Source: Octopus bimaculoides
Lineage: Eukaryota
Reading direction: 5' to 3'
Assembly: GCF_001194135.2 (NCBI RefSeq)
Contig: NC_068989.1
Coordinates: forward strand, 31,560,520-31,613,611
Length of the DNA stretch: 53,092 nucleotides
Shown: positions 48,348 through 53,092 of the stretch, one piece after another
Position numbering within the stretch: position 1 is the first letter of the stretch
Layout: each line of letters opens with the position of its first letter
Program-made: the position numbers and the translations under genes
Notes under the pieces: model-generated
Seen by the model: only the letters and a program-made list of their open reading frames with translations
What the model was told of the DNA's origin: nothing
The model's database searches: none

Positions 48348-48674
48348 CTGGATTGAATTTACACAAAAACAAATAAGATTGCTTTGCCTTTTAAAAAATT
48401 AAATCTGAAATTAGATCTGTAGGATGGATTAGAATTTATTAACTCAAGAATAGAAAATATCTGCAAAGCTCCCTTTCAGGATAATAAAATGTGTTTTATA
48501 ATGACTAGGTCTTTTTCTGTTGCTATGCTGCCAGTAAAAGTATTTGTTAATCATGCATGTACTTTCATAAATTGAGTGAGTTCTTTTTTAAAGTCTACAT
48601 TGCATTGTCTACATGTTGAAAAACGCACAAACACACACAAGCAGCCCAAAAAATAACTATATACTGTATATATA

Positions 48675-48904
48675 CAGGGTTGGCTAAAAGTCACCCAATG
48701 GTAAATCAAAATTCCATAAATACTATCTGGAATTCTGTATTGACCTGAATGGAAAAATGTGTCACTCAAAAAGGACTTCAGCTTGAACAATTTTCATGAT
48801 GTTTCATATTAAGATGTTTTTATTAAATTCATTCAGTTGTTAAACATAAATAAATCTTGGAATTAAATGGTTTTGATTAATTGCCAGGTGACTTTTGTCC
48901 AACA
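48675..48904. mobile_element. Tc1/mariner-type MITE, right end damaged
   Basis: TA|CAGGGTTGGCTAAAAGTCACC on the left and GGTGACTTTTGTCCAACA on the right. The last bases and the right TA are missing. Confidence 0.55.
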
Positions 48905-48959
48905 TTTTTTAGCCCCAGACCAGAGACACCAGGACACAGGTTAGAACCTGGTGATCAGG

Positions 48960-50927
48960 AAAAACTGAAGATAATTAACCTCTCAACTAAACCTCTTTGA
49001 AGCACAGAAATAGACATCCTCTTAAAAGGGTTAAAATTCATCCCAACTCCATGCAGAGTCAACCAAAATGAAGTGAATGACAGTATAATAGAATTCTGTA
49101 GAAAATTAAGACTCACAGAAGCATTAACCAATTACAATACTGAAGATGACTCACTAGTCAAAAACAAAAGTAAACACATCCTCCACAAAGGAAGAAATAA
49201 AAATCTTGATGAATTCTGAAAACTTTCCCTACCACACCATGCATAAACAGACAGTCAACTCAAACTTTAGCACTACACAATGGAAGGAATTAACAGAACT
49301 TCAAAATCATGAAGATATAACGATTAAGGAAGCAGACAAAGGAAGTGAAGTGGTAGTAATGGACACATTATACTATAGAAATCTAGTAATCTCCATGCTT
49401 AATGACAGTCAACATTGCGAAAAAATCACAAACTACACCCCGAAAAAAATAATGAAAACCCTGTCCTCACTAATTAAAACCCATGGAAAAGAACTGACAA
49501 CCAAAGAAATTGACTTTTTAACAAACTTTAAATGTAAACCTCGCCTTTTCTACGGTCTACTAAAAGTCCACAAAAGCCAGATTATAAATGAAACCATAAA
49601 AAAATCACCAAAGACGTACATACATACATACACCAAACCCAGGGGACCTAAAGCTATGACCCATTATATCTGGCCCAGCCTGTGAAACACACAGACTAAG
49701 TCTATTTATGGACATCCTCCTGAAACCCTTCCTTAAACACATCAATAGCCATATCAAAGATGACTCGGATATGTTAAATCACCTCCCAAAAAAAGTCAAG
49801 GAAGAAACAATCATGGTTTCATTTGATGTGATTAATTTATATACCAGTATACCTCATAATTATGGGCTAGAGGCAATTCAGTTCTGGCTGGACCAATTTC
49901 TGGAAGAAATTCCGGAAAGGATCAGCAAAGAATTCATAATTGAATCAGTTGAATTCATCCTACAAAACAACTACTTCATGTTTGACAATATGTTTTATTG
50001 ACAAAAATCCAACAAAAATTGCCATGGGCACTAGGGCAGCCCCAGTCATTGCGAACCTAACAATGGGCTATCTGGAAATAATAATATACTAGGAATTTTT
50101 ATCTACCTTTGGAAACCCCCTTTCCCAATACATAAAAGAAAATTGGAAAAGATTCCTGGACGACTGTTTCATACTCTGGAATGAAAACAGACAAACTCCT
50201 GAAATTCAAAAGACTATTGAACAGCGTCAACTCAAACATACAGTTCACAATGGAGTACAACCAAAAGGAGCTCCCATTCTTGGATATACTAATTAAAAAA
50301 ATAAACCTAAAAATAGAAACGGACATATTTTACAAAACAACAGACACCAAACAATATCTACTATTTAATTCATGCCACCCAAGACACGCCAAAACAAACA
50401 TCTACTTCAACCTTGCAAGAAGGATATGCACAATAGTGTCAGAAAAAAATACCAGAGTCTTTAGACTGCAAGAACTCAAATATACCCTAATTGACAGACA
50501 CTACCCAGTTCAACTCACAGAGGATGGAATCAGACGTGCAACACAAATCGACATAGAAAACTTAAGAAAAGTTCAAGACAGCAACACACCTTCCCCGAAA
50601 ATACTGCTGTACATATCCATATACAAACCCAGAAACAGAGAAGCCTTCACCATCATCACCCAAAATTTACCAATGCTACATAAGGACCCTAAATTAAAGG
50701 AAATTTTACACATACATTAAATCATTAAAAGCCACAAACAACCGAAATCACTAAAAAAGATCCTCACAAAGGCAAAATTATTTTCTAAAATAATTGACGC
50801 AAAAGTGAAAAAATGTGGTTGACCAAATTGCACAACATGCCCAAACCTTCTAGAAGGATCAGAATTCCTTTTCGAAGATGGACAAAAATTCCAAATCAAA
50901 TCTGACTTTACTTGTGTTTCAAATTTG
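48960..50927 (+). mobile_element. Penelope-like element (probably Neptune-type), decayed, antisense in a golgin intron
   Basis: IINLS..LLKGLKFIPTP, FYGLLKVHK, SFDVINLYTSIPH, AMGTRAAPVIANLTMGYLE, WKRFLDDCF, linker CG*PNCTTC. Truncated before the GIY-YIG core. Confidence 0.9.
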
Positions 50928-51674
50928 AGACCAAGCGATGTCGCTTGGTCGAATACGTATTTAATTATTAGTACTCTCAAATTTACAATTGAAATNNNNN
51001 NNNNNNNNNNNNNNNNNNNNNNNNNNNNNNNNNNNNNNNNNNNNNNNNNNNNNNNNNNNNNNNNNNNNNNNNNNNNNNNNNNNNNNNNNNNNNNNNNNNN
51101 NNNNNNNNNNNNNNNNNNNNNNNNNNNNNNNNNNNNNNNNNNNNNNNNNNNNNNNNNNNNNNNNNNNNNNNNNNNNNNNNNNNNNNNNNNNNNNNNNNNN
51201 NNNNNNNNNNNNNNNNNNNNNNNNNNNNNNNNNNNNNNNNNNNNNNNNNNNNNNNNNNNNNNNNNNNNNNNNNNNNNNNNNNNNNNNNNNNNNNNNNNNN
51301 NNNNNNNNNNNNNNNNNNNNNNNNNNNNNNNNNNNNNNNNNNNNNNNNNNNNNNNNNNNNNNNNNNNNNNNNNNNNNNNNNNNNNNNNNNNNNNNNNNNN
51401 NNNNNNNNNNNNNNNNNNNNNNNNNNNNNNNNNNNNNNNNNNNNNNNNNNNNNNNNNNNNNNNNNNNNNNNNNNNNNNNNNNNNNNNNNNNNNNNNNNNN
51501 NNNNNNNNNNNNNNNNNNNNNNNNNNNNNNNNNNNNNNNNNNNNNNNNNNNNNNNNNNNNNNNNNNNNNNNNNNNNNNNNNNNNNNNNNNNNNNNNNNNN
51601 NNNNNNNNNNNNNNNNNNNNNNNNNNNNNNNNNNNNNNNNNNNNNNNNNNNNNNNNNNNNNNNNNNNNNNNNNN

Positions 51675-52585
51675 CACCTGTGCCCAGCGTCGCCTTTCTG
51701 GCACTTGTGCCCGTGGCATGTGTAAGGACTTTCAAGAGAGATCGGTGCCAGTGCCCCTGGACTGGCTCCTGTGTGGGTGGCACATAGAATACATCATTTT
51801 GAGCATAGCCGTTGCCAGTACCACCTGACTGGCCTTCGTGCCGGTGACACGTAAAAGCACCCACTACACTCTCTGAGTGGTTGGCGTTAGGTGGTGCATC
51901 CAGCTGTAGAAACTCTGCCAATTGGAAATATGCTGTGTGTGAGAAGACCTAGCAAGCCAAGTGAGACCTAAATCTAAAGCCTCAGCCAGTCCACTTATAC
52001 ATACCTTCCTTCATTGGACACTAAACTCCACTTGCGAAGACCTGTTGAGGCAAGTGAAATCGAAATTGAGTTAAATTCGACGACTGGCACCCATGCCAAC
52101 GTCGTCTCCTTCATTGGGCACAAAGCTCCACTTGCGAAGACTTGTTGGGGCAAGCGAAAGCGAAATCGGGATGGCACCTGTGCCCAGTGTTGCCTTTCTG
52201 GCACCTGTGCCTAGCGTTGCCTTTCTGGCACCTGTGCCCAGCATTGCCTTTCTGGCACTTGTGCCCGCGGCATGTTTAAGGACTTTTGAGCGAGATCGTT
52301 GCCAGTGCCCCTGGACTGGCTCTTATGTGGGTGGCACATAAAATACACCATTTTGAGCGTGGCCGTTGCCAGTACTGCCTGACTGGCCTTCATGCCGGTG
52401 GCATGTAAAAGCACCAACTACACTCTCTGAGTGGTTGGCGTTAGGAAGGGCATCCAACTGTAGAAACTCTGCCAAATCAGATTGGAGCCTTGTGTAGCCA
52501 TCTGGTTTCACCAGTCCTCAGTCAAATCGTCCAACCCATGCTAGCATGGAAAGCGGACGTTAAATGACAATGATGATGATGATGA
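51675..52585 (+). mobile_element. Two head-to-tail RTE 3' UTR segments
   Basis: Copy 1 (51675-51920) stops at CTCTGCCAA. Copy 2 starts at the ORF end (TTGGAAATATGCTGTG, 51921) and runs to an (ATG)n tail. Confidence 0.85.
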
Positions 52586-52691
52586 ATTATAGAACTTTTG
52601 TATAAGGTTACCGATAAAGGTTATTTTAACATACCGAACTACTTGGTAATGTTATTAATTATTAATTGATTAATCAATTTTACCCTTTATT

Positions 52692-52724
<33 letters not shown>

Positions 52725-52760
52725 AAAATTAAAATAAGCAACACGGATTTTAAAGATGGT

Positions 52761-52848
52761 TGCAGTACGCACGTTTCATGCTATTCCATTTATTTAAGTA
52801 ATGCGAGCATTACATTAAATGCAATATGTAGAGCAATCTTCAGCTGCA
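52761..52848 (-). ncRNA. Near-intact type-I hammerhead ribozyme
   Basis: On the minus strand: stem I TGCAG/CTGCA, core CTGAAGA (52843-52837), stem II TGCT/AGCA with a U.U first pair, and GAAAC-GTGC-GTA (52777-52766). Confidence 0.75.
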
Positions 52849-53092
52849 CAAAAATGCAGAAAATTACAGTAGAATAGACATATTATAATTGTGGCAACAT
52901 TTCAAATCCAAATGGGAGGAAGAATACATAAAAATCCATCCTGACATAGCCAAGTCTATCAGGCTAGTAATTGGTTCTAGGCAAAAATTCTAACTGTCTC
53001 TGATTTTATTGTCTCTTATCTAGTAGTAATAGTATAAGGGACAATCACTTCTAAGGAAAGGGAAGGTGTAAGCATTATGCATGGACATGGCT

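Noticed and set aside
50812-50840. In-frame TGA in the PLE Cys motif (CG*PNCTTC) as possible selenocysteine
   Set aside because: The TGA is not at a Cys position and is best explained as CGA (Arg) CpG decay. The element has other stops and frameshifts.

Overview
AT-rich, microsatellite-rich eukaryotic DNA with several N gaps. The repeat families suggest a coleoid cephalopod, probably Octopus (inference). Bases 1 to ~31.6 kb are a nested transposon graveyard: R4/Dong-type and RTE LINEs, two related piggyBacs, a Gypsy remnant, a solo LTR, Penelope-like (PLE) fragments, a mariner, a hAT MITE and tRNA-derived SINEs. From ~31.6 kb to at least 48.3 kb the minus strand carries the 3' end of a GRIP-domain golgin gene (GOLGA4/golgin-245-like). 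I found five short GT-AG coding exons plus a probable terminal exon, all missed by the ORF track, and its introns are filled with further TEs. The most notable unannotated structures are four type-I hammerhead ribozyme motifs with short self-complementary or near-self-complementary stem III (one intact at 9023-9114) and a 139-nt near-perfect foldback (35417-35555) inside a GOLGA4 intron. There are no intact TE ORFs, CRISPR arrays or rRNA/tRNA genes. ORFs full of X are gap artefacts. All calls were made by eye, without database searches.
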